Positions 15,477 to 24,145 of a stretch of DNA of 29,535 nucleotides are shown here, piece after piece. The translations under genes were made by a program, and so were the position numbers. The notes beneath the pieces were generated by a model. The model made no database searches, was not told the DNA's origin, and saw only the letters and a program-made list of their open reading frames with translations. Source of the DNA: Oscillospiraceae bacterium (lineage in GTDB: Bacteria > Bacillota > Clostridia > Oscillospirales > Ruminococcaceae); the NCBI GenBank assembly GCA_017472375.1, contig JAFUQL010000091.1, positions 1 to 29,535 on the forward strand. The letters run 5' to 3'. Numbering within the stretch: the stretch's first letter is position 1; every line of letters begins with the position of its first letter.

Positions 15477-16913
15477 TTACTTCATGCGGCGCAGGGTCTC
15501 GGCCACCATGGCGTAGGTGCGCTGCAGCGAGCCGATGAACAGCCGCTCACGGCAGGTATGTACGTCGGCCAGGTCGGGGCCGATGCACACGCAGTCCAGG
15601 CCGGGGATCTTGCCCGCGAACAGGCCGCACTCCACACCCGCGTGGATGGCCTCCACCCGGGGCTCGTAGCCGTACTGCTCGGTGAACACCTCCACCATCT
15701 TCTGGCGCAGGGGGGACTCGGGCTTGTACTCCCAACCGGGGTAATCGCCCTCCACCTGCAGGGCGCCGCCCAGCAGAGCGGCCAGGCTCTCCAGCCGGTC
15801 CACCAGCATCTGCTTCTGGCTGTCCACACTGCTGCGGACACAGAAGCCGGCGTGGACCACATCGCCCTCGGTGTACAGCACGCCCAGGTTCAGGGAGGTC
15901 TGCACCAGGCCATCCACATCGGCGCTCATGGCCTGGATGCCGTTGGGGGCGCAGCACAGCAGGCACACCACCCGGTCGGTGGAGGCCTGGTCCATGGGCA
16001 GAGCGCACTCAGCGGGGGCCACAGTCACGGTCACGCCGGGGTCGGTCACCCGCAGCTCGTTGCGCAGCTCGGCCTCCAGCGCGGCACACACGGCGCGCAC
16101 CACAGCCTCATCGCCGGCCACCACCTGCGCCTGTGCGTCCACAGGGATGGCGTTGTCCTTCTGACCGCCGGTCACCGCGCCGATGCGCAGAGCGGTCTGC
16201 TTCTGCACGGCGCGCAGCGCACGGCCCAGCAGCATGCTGGCGTTGCCGCGGCCCCGGTCGATCTCCACGCCGGAATGGCCGCCCTGCAGCCCGGTGACGG
16301 CGATGGTCAGGGCGGTGCCCTCGCAGGCCGCGCGGGTGACGGGCAGGGTCATGCGGGACACGTTGCCGCCGGCGCAGCTCACGGTGAACACGCCCTCCAG
16401 CTCCGAATCCATATTGATCATGGCGCGGCCCTGCAGGCAGCTCACATCGATGCCGAAGGCGCCGTACATGCCGGTCTCCTCGTCCACCGTGAACACCGCC
16501 TCAAGGCGGGGCAGGCTCAGGGTGTCGTCGTCCATGAGGGCCAGAGACATGGCCACGCCCAGGCCGTCGTCGGCGCCCAGGGTGGTCCCCTTGGCGTACA
16601 CGGTGTCGCCGTCCACCACCAGATCCAGGCCCTCGGTCTCTATGTCCTTGGTGCAGTCGGGCGCCTTGGCGCACACCATGTCCATGTGGCTCTGCAGGAT
16701 CACCGCAGGGGCGCTCTCATAGCCGGGGGCGGCGGGCTTGATGATGATGACGTTGTTCAGCGCATCCTGATGGTACTCGAAGCCGCGCTGCTTCGCGAAC
16801 TCCACCAGCCAGTCGCTGACCGCCTTCGTGTTGCCGGAACCGTGGGGGATGGCACACATCTCCTCAAAAAAGCGGAATACGCCGCGGGGCTCCAGATGTT
16901 CCAAAACTGCCAT
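15477..16913 (-). CDS. pepD: Aminoacyl-histidine dipeptidase (M20C)
   Basis: LQSHMDMV, TLGADDGLG, FTVDEETG, GGHSG and IHAGVECG motifs. Confidence 0.93.
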   Translation of the reverse strand: MAVLEHLEPRGVFRFFEEMCAIPHGSGNTKAVSDWLVEFAKQRGFEYHQDALNNVIIIKPAAPGYESAPAVILQSHMDMVCAKAPDCTKDIETEGLDLVVDGDTVYAKGTTLGADDGLGVAMSLALMDDDTLSLPRLEAVFTVDEETGMYGAFGIDVSCLQGRAMINMDSELEGVFTVSCAGGNVSRMTLPVTRAACEGTALTIAVTGLQGGHSGVEIDRGRGNASMLLGRALRAVQKQTALRIGAVTGGQKDNAIPVDAQAQVVAGDEAVVRAVCAALEAELRNELRVTDPGVTVTVAPAECALPMDQASTDRVVCLLCCAPNGIQAMSADVDGLVQTSLNLGVLYTEGDVVHAGFCVRSSVDSQKQMLVDRLESLAALLGGALQVEGDYPGWEYKPESPLRQKMVEVFTEQYGYEPRVEAIHAGVECGLFAGKIPGLDCVCIGPDLADVHTCRERLFIGSLQRTYAMVAETLRRMK

Positions 16914-16939
16914 TGTTGTCGCTCCTTTTCATAAACTGC

Positions 16940-17284
16940 TCAGGGCCGCAGGACGAACCCGTCCGGGCCGTCCTTTTGGATGTACTGCTGGTCCAGCAGG
17001 AAATCGATGACCTGCGGGGCAAATTCCGCGCCGTTCTGCACGGTCAGGCTCTTGCGCGACCAGAACTGCCGCACCCGCACGCCGGTGATCACCCCGGCCA
17101 CCTGTGCTTTGGTGATGCGCCCGTGCTTTTTCAGGTGCTTCACCACACGGCTGCCGCAGGCGCTCAGCAGGTTCCGGGTCATGTCCTCGCCCTGATCCAG
17201 CGCCTTTTTCATGCCCCACACATAGAGCACCGCCGTGGCCGCGGCGAACATCGCCACACCCAGCAGGATCTGTCCGATGGTCAT
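16940..17284 (-). CDS. Hypothetical protein, N-terminal TM helix plus wHTH-like soluble part (114 aa)
   Basis: ATG overlaps the upstream stop (ATGA), residues 5-23 are hydrophobic, and codon usage matches the neighbours. The wHTH-like fold is my inference. Confidence 0.7.
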   Translation of the reverse strand: MTIGQILLGVAMFAAATAVLYVWGMKKALDQGEDMTRNLLSACGSRVVKHLKKHGRITKAQVAGVITGVRVRQFWSRKSLTVQNGAEFAPQVIDFLLDQQYIQKDGPDGFVLRP

Positions 17285-17640
17285 TGAGGCACCTTGTCCT
17301 TTCCTTTGAAGTAGACAAAGCCGTTGTTGCGCAGGATCTGCATATACTTCACGAACCGCTCGTACAGGGGCTCGGCGGCGTCGCCGAACTGCTCCTTCAC
17401 CAGCAGGGCCAGCTCACCCACGGTGCGCTGCCCATCGATGAGAGGGAAGATGAAGCTGCCGGTCTCGTCCAGCTCGATGTGGCTGACCCGGGGCCGATGG
17501 AACACCTTCTGGGCGATGGTGGCGTACACACCGCGATGCACCATATGGATGGTGACCTTGCCGTTCTCCTCGCTCCAGGTGTTCTTCTCAGAGATCACCG
17601 GGATGTAATCCAGATAGTTCTCCGACTGTTTCTTTGCCAT
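17281..17640 (-). CDS. Stand-alone PqqD-family (RRE-like) protein
   Basis: IELDETGSFIFPLIDGQRTVGELALLVKEQFG...YMQILRNNGFV follows the PqqD pattern (LDE.G..IW..IDG..TV.EI...L...F...L...G.I). Confidence 0.8.
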   Translation of the reverse strand: MAKKQSENYLDYIPVISEKNTWSEENGKVTIHMVHRGVYATIAQKVFHRPRVSHIELDETGSFIFPLIDGQRTVGELALLVKEQFGDAAEPLYERFVKYMQILRNNGFVYFKGKDKVPQ

Positions 17641-17657
17641 TTGCTGCCATTCTCCTT

Positions 17658-17696
17658 AAAAAAAGCCGGGCCATATACCCAAGTATACAGCCCGGC
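17658..17696 (-). terminator. Intrinsic terminator or attenuator between the OPT and PqqD genes
   Basis: Minus strand 14-bp stem GCCGGGCTGTATAC-ttgg-GTATATGGCCCGGC (2 G-U) followed by T7. Confidence 0.75.
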
Positions 17697-17719
17697 GGTC
17701 GTTTGGTAAAGGGGTTTGC

Positions 17720-19618
17720 TTACTTGCTGCTGTCGTCCTTAGCACCCTTGGCGGCGAACGCAACGAGGGAGGCCAGCAGAGCGGCAAAGGCGACCAGAGC
17801 GCCGATGTTGCCCAGGCTGATGCTGCCGGACAGATCCACGTTGATGCCCAGCACGGCCAGAACGGCCAGCAGGATGCCCACCAGGCCCTCACCGGCGATC
17901 ATGCCGGAGGCGTACAGAACACCGGACTGCACCGCGTTGTTCTGAGCCTTCTCGTCCTTGTACTTGCGCTTCTCGACCAGCCAGCGCACCACACCGCCCA
18001 GCATGATGCCGGCGTTCAGGTGGATGGGCAGGTAGATGCCGATGGCGATGGGCAGCACGGGCAGACCCAGCAGCTCCATCAGCAGGGCGATGAACACGCC
18101 GATGAAGACCAGGCTCCAGGGCAGGTTGCCGTCCATAACGCCCTCGATGACCATCTTCATCATGGAAGCCTGAGGAGCGCCCAGCTCCTCGGAGCCGAAG
18201 CCCCAGGCGTTGTGCAGGAGCATCAGGATGGCGCCGATGGCGATGGAGGAGACCGCCACGCCGATCAGCTCGCCGTACTGCTGCTTACGGGGGGTAGCAC
18301 CCAGCAGGAAGCCGGTCTTCAGGTCCTGAGAGGTGTCGGCAGAGATGGCCACGATCACGCAGATGACGGAACCGATGGCGATGGCACCCACCATGCCGGT
18401 GGCACCGGTGGTACCGGTGGCCTTCAGCAGGATGGTGGCGATCAGCACGGTGGCGATGGCCATGCCGGAAACAGGGGTGTTGGAGGAGCCGATGGAGCCG
18501 ACCATGCGGGCGGCCACGGTGGCGAAGAAGAAGCCGAAGATCAGGATGACCACGGCGCCCAGGAAGTTGACGGGGATGCCGGGGTACAGCCAGATGAACA
18601 CGACCACGGCAGCGCAGACGGCCAGGATCACCTTCAGGGGGATCTCCTGCTCGGTGCGCAGGGTGCCGGTGCTGCTCTTGCCGTAGGACTTGAAGGCAGC
18701 GCTGAAGGCGGTGACGATGGTGGGCAGGGACTTGATCAGGCTGATGAAGCCGCCGGCCACCAGCGCGCCGGCGCCGATGTAACGGATGAAGGAATCCCAA
18801 ATGCCCCAGGTACCGCCGGTGGCCCACAGCTCAGCCACGGACACGTCAGCGGGGTAGATGACCAGATCGCTGCCGAACAGTACGATCAGGGGCATCAGCA
18901 CGAACCAGGTCATGAAGCTGCCGGCGAACATGTAGGAGGAGATGCGGGGGCCGCAGATGTAGCCCACGCCGGCCAGCGCGGGCAGAACGTCCACGCCGAT
19001 GCCGGAGCCCTTGTAGGCGTCGATGGAGTAGTCCACCTCGCTGGGGAACAGCTTCAGGCCGTCCGCGATGAACTTGTACACGGCGGCAATGCCCAGACCG
19101 CTGAACACGGTGGAGGCGCGGCTGCCGCCCTGCTCACCGGCCATCAGGACCTCGGCACAGGCGCGGCCCTCGGGGTAGCCCAGAGTGCCGTGCTCCTTGA
19201 CGATCAGAGCGCTGCGCAGGGGGATCATCATCATAACGCCCAGCACACCGCCGCACAGGGCGATCAGAGCGATGTCGATGATGGAGGGAACGTCGCACAC
19301 ACCCTCGTCCGCCCACATGAACAGGGCGGGCATGGTGAAGATGGCGCCGGCGGCCAGGGACTCACCGGCAGAGCCGATGGTCTGAGCCATGTTGTTCTCC
19401 AGAATGGAGTCGCGCTTGAACAGGAAGCGGACCACACCCATGGACAGAACCGCAGCGGGGATGGAGGCGGAGATGGTCATGCCGACGCGCAGGCCCAGAT
19501 AGGCGTTCGCACCGCCGAACACAACAGCCAGGATCGCGCCCAGGATCACCGAGAACAGGGTGAACTCAGGGACGACCTTTTCCGCCGGGATAAACGGCTG
19601 AAATTTCTTGTCTTCCAC
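17720..19618 (-). CDS. OPT-family oligopeptide transporter (632 aa, GTG start)
   Basis: NAYLGLRVGMTISASIPAAV, ENNMAQT, LGYPEGRACAEV, SGMAIAT and QDLKTGFLLGATP motifs. Confidence 0.95.
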   Translation of the reverse strand: MEDKKFQPFIPAEKVVPEFTLFSVILGAILAVVFGGANAYLGLRVGMTISASIPAAVLSMGVVRFLFKRDSILENNMAQTIGSAGESLAAGAIFTMPALFMWADEGVCDVPSIIDIALIALCGGVLGVMMMIPLRSALIVKEHGTLGYPEGRACAEVLMAGEQGGSRASTVFSGLGIAAVYKFIADGLKLFPSEVDYSIDAYKGSGIGVDVLPALAGVGYICGPRISSYMFAGSFMTWFVLMPLIVLFGSDLVIYPADVSVAELWATGGTWGIWDSFIRYIGAGALVAGGFISLIKSLPTIVTAFSAAFKSYGKSSTGTLRTEQEIPLKVILAVCAAVVVFIWLYPGIPVNFLGAVVILIFGFFFATVAARMVGSIGSSNTPVSGMAIATVLIATILLKATGTTGATGMVGAIAIGSVICVIVAISADTSQDLKTGFLLGATPRKQQYGELIGVAVSSIAIGAILMLLHNAWGFGSEELGAPQASMMKMVIEGVMDGNLPWSLVFIGVFIALLMELLGLPVLPIAIGIYLPIHLNAGIMLGGVVRWLVEKRKYKDEKAQNNAVQSGVLYASGMIAGEGLVGILLAVLAVLGINVDLSGSISLGNIGALVAFAALLASLVAFAAKGAKDDSSK

Positions 19619-19752
19619 GATTGATTCTCCTAATTTTTTATTCTTTGACGCTCCATGGAAGAAGCGTCCTGTCTCTGTGCGGCCGCCGCGCCCGTCTCAC
19701 ACTGCGGACGGAGCGGCTTTGCACAGGGAACACAGAGTTTTGGGGCGGCGCC

Positions 19753-21084
19753 TTACTTGTACAGCAGGTCCTCGCAGTAGCGGTACACCCACTCGGTGGG
19801 GGTGATGCCCTGCTCCTTGGCGCCGGTCAGGGACAGGATGGTGTTGGCGGGCATGATCTCCTCGATCTTCTTGCGCAGAGAGGCCTCATCGCCGTCAAAC
19901 AGATACTCCTCGGCGCCGCAGATGACGCCGGCGGTGTTGTGCCACCACTCCACCTGATACAGGATGCCGCGCTCCGCGATCAGCTTCGCCAGGCGGATCT
20001 CCTCCTCCTGAGAGGAAGCCTTCAGGCCGTTGTTGGAGGAACCGAAGATGTACTTGCAGTTCAGCTTGGCGATGCTCTCGTCGTCGAAGATGCCGCCGAT
20101 GGCGCAGGGGCTCTGGATGTCCACGTTCTGGAACAGCACCTCGGACACGGGGCAGCTCTCGATCTGGTAGCCGGGATGCTGCTCGATGAAGCTCTTGACA
20201 GCCTCCTCATTGATGTCGGCCACGATCAGCTTGGACACGCCGCCCTCCAGCAGCAGCTCACCCATGTACCAGCCGACGGCGCCCAGGCCCATCAGCGCGG
20301 CGCTCTTGCCGGCCACACTGCGGACGCCCTCCTCAAAGTTGATGGCCTCCAGCAGAGCCAGATACACACCGTAGGCGGTGGGGGTACCGGTGGGGCCGGT
20401 CTTGGCCTTCAGGCCGCCGGTGTACTGCATGGAGTAGCCCTGCTCGATCATCACATCGGACATCTCCACAGGGAAGTTCATGTCGGGGCCGGTCATGTCG
20501 CGGCAGCTGTCCAGCGCGAAGGCCAGGAAACCCATGACCTCCATGTTGTCCAGATCCAGCGGAGCCATGGTGACGGTGGCCTTGCAGCCGCCGAAGGGCA
20601 GGTGGCCGGCGATGTTCTTGAAGCTCATGCCGCGGCCCAGGTTCAGGCCGTCAATGATGACCTCGAACTCGGGCTCGTCGTAGGAGTGACGGCGGATGCC
20701 GCCGGCCATGATGGCATGGCTCTTGTTCAGAACGCCCAGCTTGCGGCTGTGCTCGTTCATCATGAAGCGGATGTCGTACTTCTTGTAATAGTAGATGTCG
20801 ATGCCGAAGTGCTTGCCCGCGCGCAGCAGGTCCAGCACCTCCTCCAGGTACTCCTTCTGGCCGTACTTCTCGAACAGCGCCCAGGTCTCCTTGGTGTTCA
20901 GGTAACGGGCGTCCTCGGTGAAGATGCCGTCGATCCACCAGCGGTGGTTGTAGTTCTCAAAGTCGTGGTCTTCCTCCCACTCCTTGGCCGCAAACAGCTT
21001 CACCTGATCGGTCTTGAAGTCGTAGCGGATCTTCATGGTGGTCAGACCCTCTTCGCGCAGAGGGATAAACAGGCTCTTTCCCAT
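19753..21084 (-). CDS. Glu/Leu/Phe/Val dehydrogenase family protein, divergent, with N-terminal extension (443 aa)
   Basis: GGIRR...GRGMSFKN...PFGGCKA, TAYGV, GLGAVG and PCAIGG motifs. RBS AAGGAG precedes ATG 21084. Confidence 0.85.
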   Translation of the reverse strand: MGKSLFIPLREEGLTTMKIRYDFKTDQVKLFAAKEWEEDHDFENYNHRWWIDGIFTEDARYLNTKETWALFEKYGQKEYLEEVLDLLRAGKHFGIDIYYYKKYDIRFMMNEHSRKLGVLNKSHAIMAGGIRRHSYDEPEFEVIIDGLNLGRGMSFKNIAGHLPFGGCKATVTMAPLDLDNMEVMGFLAFALDSCRDMTGPDMNFPVEMSDVMIEQGYSMQYTGGLKAKTGPTGTPTAYGVYLALLEAINFEEGVRSVAGKSAALMGLGAVGWYMGELLLEGGVSKLIVADINEEAVKSFIEQHPGYQIESCPVSEVLFQNVDIQSPCAIGGIFDDESIAKLNCKYIFGSSNNGLKASSQEEEIRLAKLIAERGILYQVEWWHNTAGVICGAEEYLFDGDEASLRKKIEEIMPANTILSLTGAKEQGITPTEWVYRYCEDLLYK

Positions 21085-21195
21085 TCTCCGGGCTCCTTCT
21101 TTCTCGCTTTTTCGCGGGTTTTGCAACGCAATCCGCACACTTATATGTATTATATACTGTAAAGCGAAAAAGTCGTACTTGCAACCCCGAATCCT

Positions 21196-21224
21196 TTATA
21201 TTAAAATAAGAAAAACTAATATAA
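21196..21224. promoter_or_regulatory. AT-rich inverted repeat in the divergent promoter region, candidate LysR site
   Basis: TTATATTA-N13-TAATATAA. Confidence 0.3.
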
Positions 21225-21237
21225 GGGAGGGGCGGCC

Positions 21238-22152
21238 ATGAATCTGAACCAGCTGAAATATTTCGTCGCAGTGGCGGAATACCGCAGTTTCACCAAGGCG
21301 GCAGAACAGTATTTTCTGACCCAGACGGCCATCACCCAGCAGATCCATAAGCTGGAGGACACGGTGGGAGTGTCCCTCATCGACCGCAAGACCCGCCCCA
21401 TCTCCCTGACCCCCATGGGGCAGGTGCTGTACCGGGAGGCCCGCAGCATCCTGATGCGGATGGACACTGCCGTGCGCCGCACCCGCGAGGCAGCCAGCGG
21501 CATCAGCGGCAGCCTGCGCATCGGCTACACCAAGGGCTACGAGCACAGCGAGCTGGCCACCAAACTGCGGCAGTTCCACCTGCAGTATCCCAACGTGCTG
21601 CTGAGCTGCCACCGCTGCGACACCGACCTGCTGACCACCGGCCTGATCGACGGCCAGTACGATGTGATCTTCACCTGGGACAGCACCAACATCTGCAAGG
21701 ATGAGGCGGTGCAGTACCGCCTGCAGGACCGGGTGCGGCTGATGGTGGCGCTGTACGGATCCCATCCGCTGGCCCAGCGCACCGGGCTGACCCGTGCCGA
21801 CCTGCGGGACGAAGTGATGCTGTTCATGTCCCCCTCGGGCTCGGGCGATTCGCTGGGCGACGAGTACTTCATCCGCCTGTACCAAAATGCCGGCTATTAC
21901 CCCAACATCCTGCTGCGCTCCAGCGATGTGGAAAGCATCCTGATGATGGTGGCCGCCGAGGTGGGCATCTCGGTGCTGCCGGTGTCCTGCATGCAGCATC
22001 TGTCCGAGTCGGACAACCTCGTATTCGTGCCGCTGGAGGGCGAACACGAGGTGGAGGAGATCCTTGCGGTGTGGCGGCGGGACAACGCCAGCCCGTCCCT
22101 GCGCAAGTTCCTCGACCTGCTGGGGCACGGGGACGCCGCCCCGTCTTTTTGA
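21238..22152 (+). CDS. LysR-family transcriptional regulator
   Basis: MNLNQLKYFVAVAEYRSFTKAAE...QQIHKLED HTH plus substrate-binding domain, divergent from the dehydrogenase. Confidence 0.95.
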   Translation: MNLNQLKYFVAVAEYRSFTKAAEQYFLTQTAITQQIHKLEDTVGVSLIDRKTRPISLTPMGQVLYREARSILMRMDTAVRRTREAASGISGSLRIGYTKGYEHSELATKLRQFHLQYPNVLLSCHRCDTDLLTTGLIDGQYDVIFTWDSTNICKDEAVQYRLQDRVRLMVALYGSHPLAQRTGLTRADLRDEVMLFMSPSGSGDSLGDEYFIRLYQNAGYYPNILLRSSDVESILMMVAAEVGISVLPVSCMQHLSESDNLVFVPLEGEHEVEEILAVWRRDNASPSLRKFLDLLGHGDAAPSF

Positions 22153-22236
22153 GGCGCACAACGCGTTTTATTATACCATTCGGAACGCTTTGCCGCAATA
22201 TTTTCGAGCGATTTTTCTCAGGAAAATCAAAGAAAA

Positions 22237-22269
22237 CCCCCGGCCCTTGCGGCCGGGGGCTGCTTTTTT
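22237..22269 (+). terminator. Probable terminator after LysR
   Basis: CCCCCGGCC-cttgc-GGCCGGGGG followed by ctgcTTTTTT. Confidence 0.6.
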
Positions 22270-22774
22270 GCGCCGGGGCAGGCGTGCACCCCGCCCCGCG
22301 CAGATAAAATGTCTTTCATGCAAGGACAGATCCTTCGAGGACATCCGCAGGCGTGAGCACTGCACCGAGAATGCAGATCGCGATCATCCCGGTCGGGATC
22401 GCCATGTCCTTTGTGGATCGTTTGAGGTTTCCCTTATAGATACAGGCGTCTCTCTTGCAGCAATACCGCGCAAAAACTCCCGCAAACGCCGCTGTTTCCG
22501 CTGCCCTTGTTCGACCTCAGTTCATGCAGGATCATATAGTCCCCAAAATTGCCGCCCATGGTGCCCTTCGTTCCGTCCGTCTGTTTTCGGCCTGCCCGGC
22601 CCCTTTTTTACTCCCGAAATGTTACCTTCACTTTTGCGATCAACGGGTTTCTCTGCCCTTATCATATCGCAGGCAGAGTATCATAACCGGGACTTTGATC
22701 CGTTTTTCCGTTTTTTGAAAAAAACGCCCATTTGCCGGCGTTTTGCAAACGCCCGGGGTGCTGCCGCAAGCTGT

Positions 22775-22813
22775 AAAAAAGCAGGCACCGTTTGTGGAAC
22801 GGAACCTGCTTTT
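22775..22813 (-). terminator. Intrinsic terminator of the hydrolase operon
   Basis: Minus strand AAAAGCAGG..CCGTT-loop-AACGG..CCTGCTTTTTT. Confidence 0.7.
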
Positions 22814-22861
22814 GCGTACGTTTTGATCGCGTGTTTGACCGCGGTTTGCCCGCCGGGGCAG

Positions 22862-23338
22862 TCACAGCATGACCAGAAGCCCCACCACAGTCGCAGCCAC
22901 CAGCCCGATCAGCATCCCGCGCAGGCTGCCCTTGAAGTGGAACCACACCGAGGAAGGCTCAAAGGCGCCGACCCCGGCAGCCCGGTAGAACCGGTCGGTG
23001 GATGCGCACAGCACATCCATCACAAGGAAGTCGTACCAGTCCACCACCAGCCACAGGCCGTATGCGGTCAGTGTACCCTCCCTGAATGTATCAATGCCGT
23101 TGACCGTCCGCAGCAGCAGCGCAAACAGCGCCGCATAGACCACCACTGCCGCCAGCTTGCGGAGAACATCCTGTTTCCGGGCCGGCGGCTTTTGTGCGAT
23201 GAGCCCCAGCGCCCGCAGGCGCTCGGTCACAATGGGCGGGTAATCGTTGACAAAGGCCGTCTGTTTTTTGCGGAATGCCAGCCAGATCAGCAGATGGAAC
23301 AGCAGACACAGCAAAACCGCTTCGATCCAAAAAATCAT
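22862..23338 (-). CDS. Hypothetical membrane protein (about 4 TM)
   Basis: 158-aa ORF with RBS GAGGAGG, hydrophobic segments, NDYPP and VDWYDF motifs; last gene of the operon. Confidence 0.75.
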   Translation of the reverse strand: MIFWIEAVLLCLLFHLLIWLAFRKKQTAFVNDYPPIVTERLRALGLIAQKPPARKQDVLRKLAAVVVYAALFALLLRTVNGIDTFREGTLTAYGLWLVVDWYDFLVMDVLCASTDRFYRAAGVGAFEPSSVWFHFKGSLRGMLIGLVAATVVGLLVML

Positions 23339-23347
23339 GATTCCTCC

Positions 23348-24133
23348 TCACTTGATGCCGGTCAGCAGGGCAGAGCCTGCCAGATCCAGCCACAGGGCCT
23401 CCTTCTTTTCCAGGAACATCCCGTCGGCGGTGTCGATCAGCTCCACCTTTTCGTAGCCGGCGGCCTTCAACTCCTCCACAAAGGCCTGCATATCCCCATA
23501 CCGGGCCGGGGTCATGATGTCGTGCAGCGCAAAAACGCCGCCCTTTTTCAGCACACGCAGGGTCTCACGCAGGCACCCCTGCTTGTCGGCGCCCGCAATG
23601 TTGTGGTACACATAGTTGCTGACGACCGCATCAAAACTCTCGTCCGGGAAGTCCAGCCGCAGAGCATCCCCCTGCCGGAAAGCAACGTTGGAGACCCCCT
23701 CGGCCCTTGCGTTGCGCTCACACAGGCCACGGCTGTAGGAGGCGTACTCCTTGCCCCAGCGGTCAACGCCCAGCACAGCCGCACCCGGGCTGCGCCGGGC
23801 ACAGGCAATGGTCAAAGCACCGCTGCCGCAGCCCACATCCAGGCACCGACCGCCCTCTGGGATCGTCACATACGCCGCCACGCCCTCCACGATGGTTTTG
23901 CTCAGCTTCCGTTTGCCCTCATAGGAAAAGGCATTGTGCAGATGCAGCAGCCACACCGCAGCCACCAGCAGCACTGCGGCCGCCGCGCCCGCGATCCCCA
24001 TCAATGCGGTCTTCAGCGCACCTGCCGGCAGAGCGACCGCAAACACGGCCATCAGCACCGCAGCGGCGATGGCCCCGCCGCCAAAGCCGTACAGCATTCC
24101 TTTGGGGACCCAGTTTTTATAATCCGGTCTCAT
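23348..24133 (-). CDS. Class I SAM-dependent methyltransferase with N-terminal TM hairpin
   Basis: LDVGCGSG motif I, GDALRLDFPDESFDAVVSN and LRVLKKGG. Start set at the second ATG by RBS spacing. Confidence 0.9.
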   Translation of the reverse strand: MRPDYKNWVPKGMLYGFGGGAIAAAVLMAVFAVALPAGALKTALMGIAGAAAAVLLVAAVWLLHLHNAFSYEGKRKLSKTIVEGVAAYVTIPEGGRCLDVGCGSGALTIACARRSPGAAVLGVDRWGKEYASYSRGLCERNARAEGVSNVAFRQGDALRLDFPDESFDAVVSNYVYHNIAGADKQGCLRETLRVLKKGGVFALHDIMTPARYGDMQAFVEELKAAGYEKVELIDTADGMFLEKKEALWLDLAGSALLTGIK

Positions 24134-24145
24134 GGGCATTCTCCT

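Noticed and set aside
17281-17640. RiPP/PQQ biosynthetic cluster suggested by PqqD
   Set aside because: No radical SAM, YcaO, lasso cyclase or convincing precursor is nearby. The Cys-containing 41-aa ORF at 22434-22559 is 5 kb away and unlinked.
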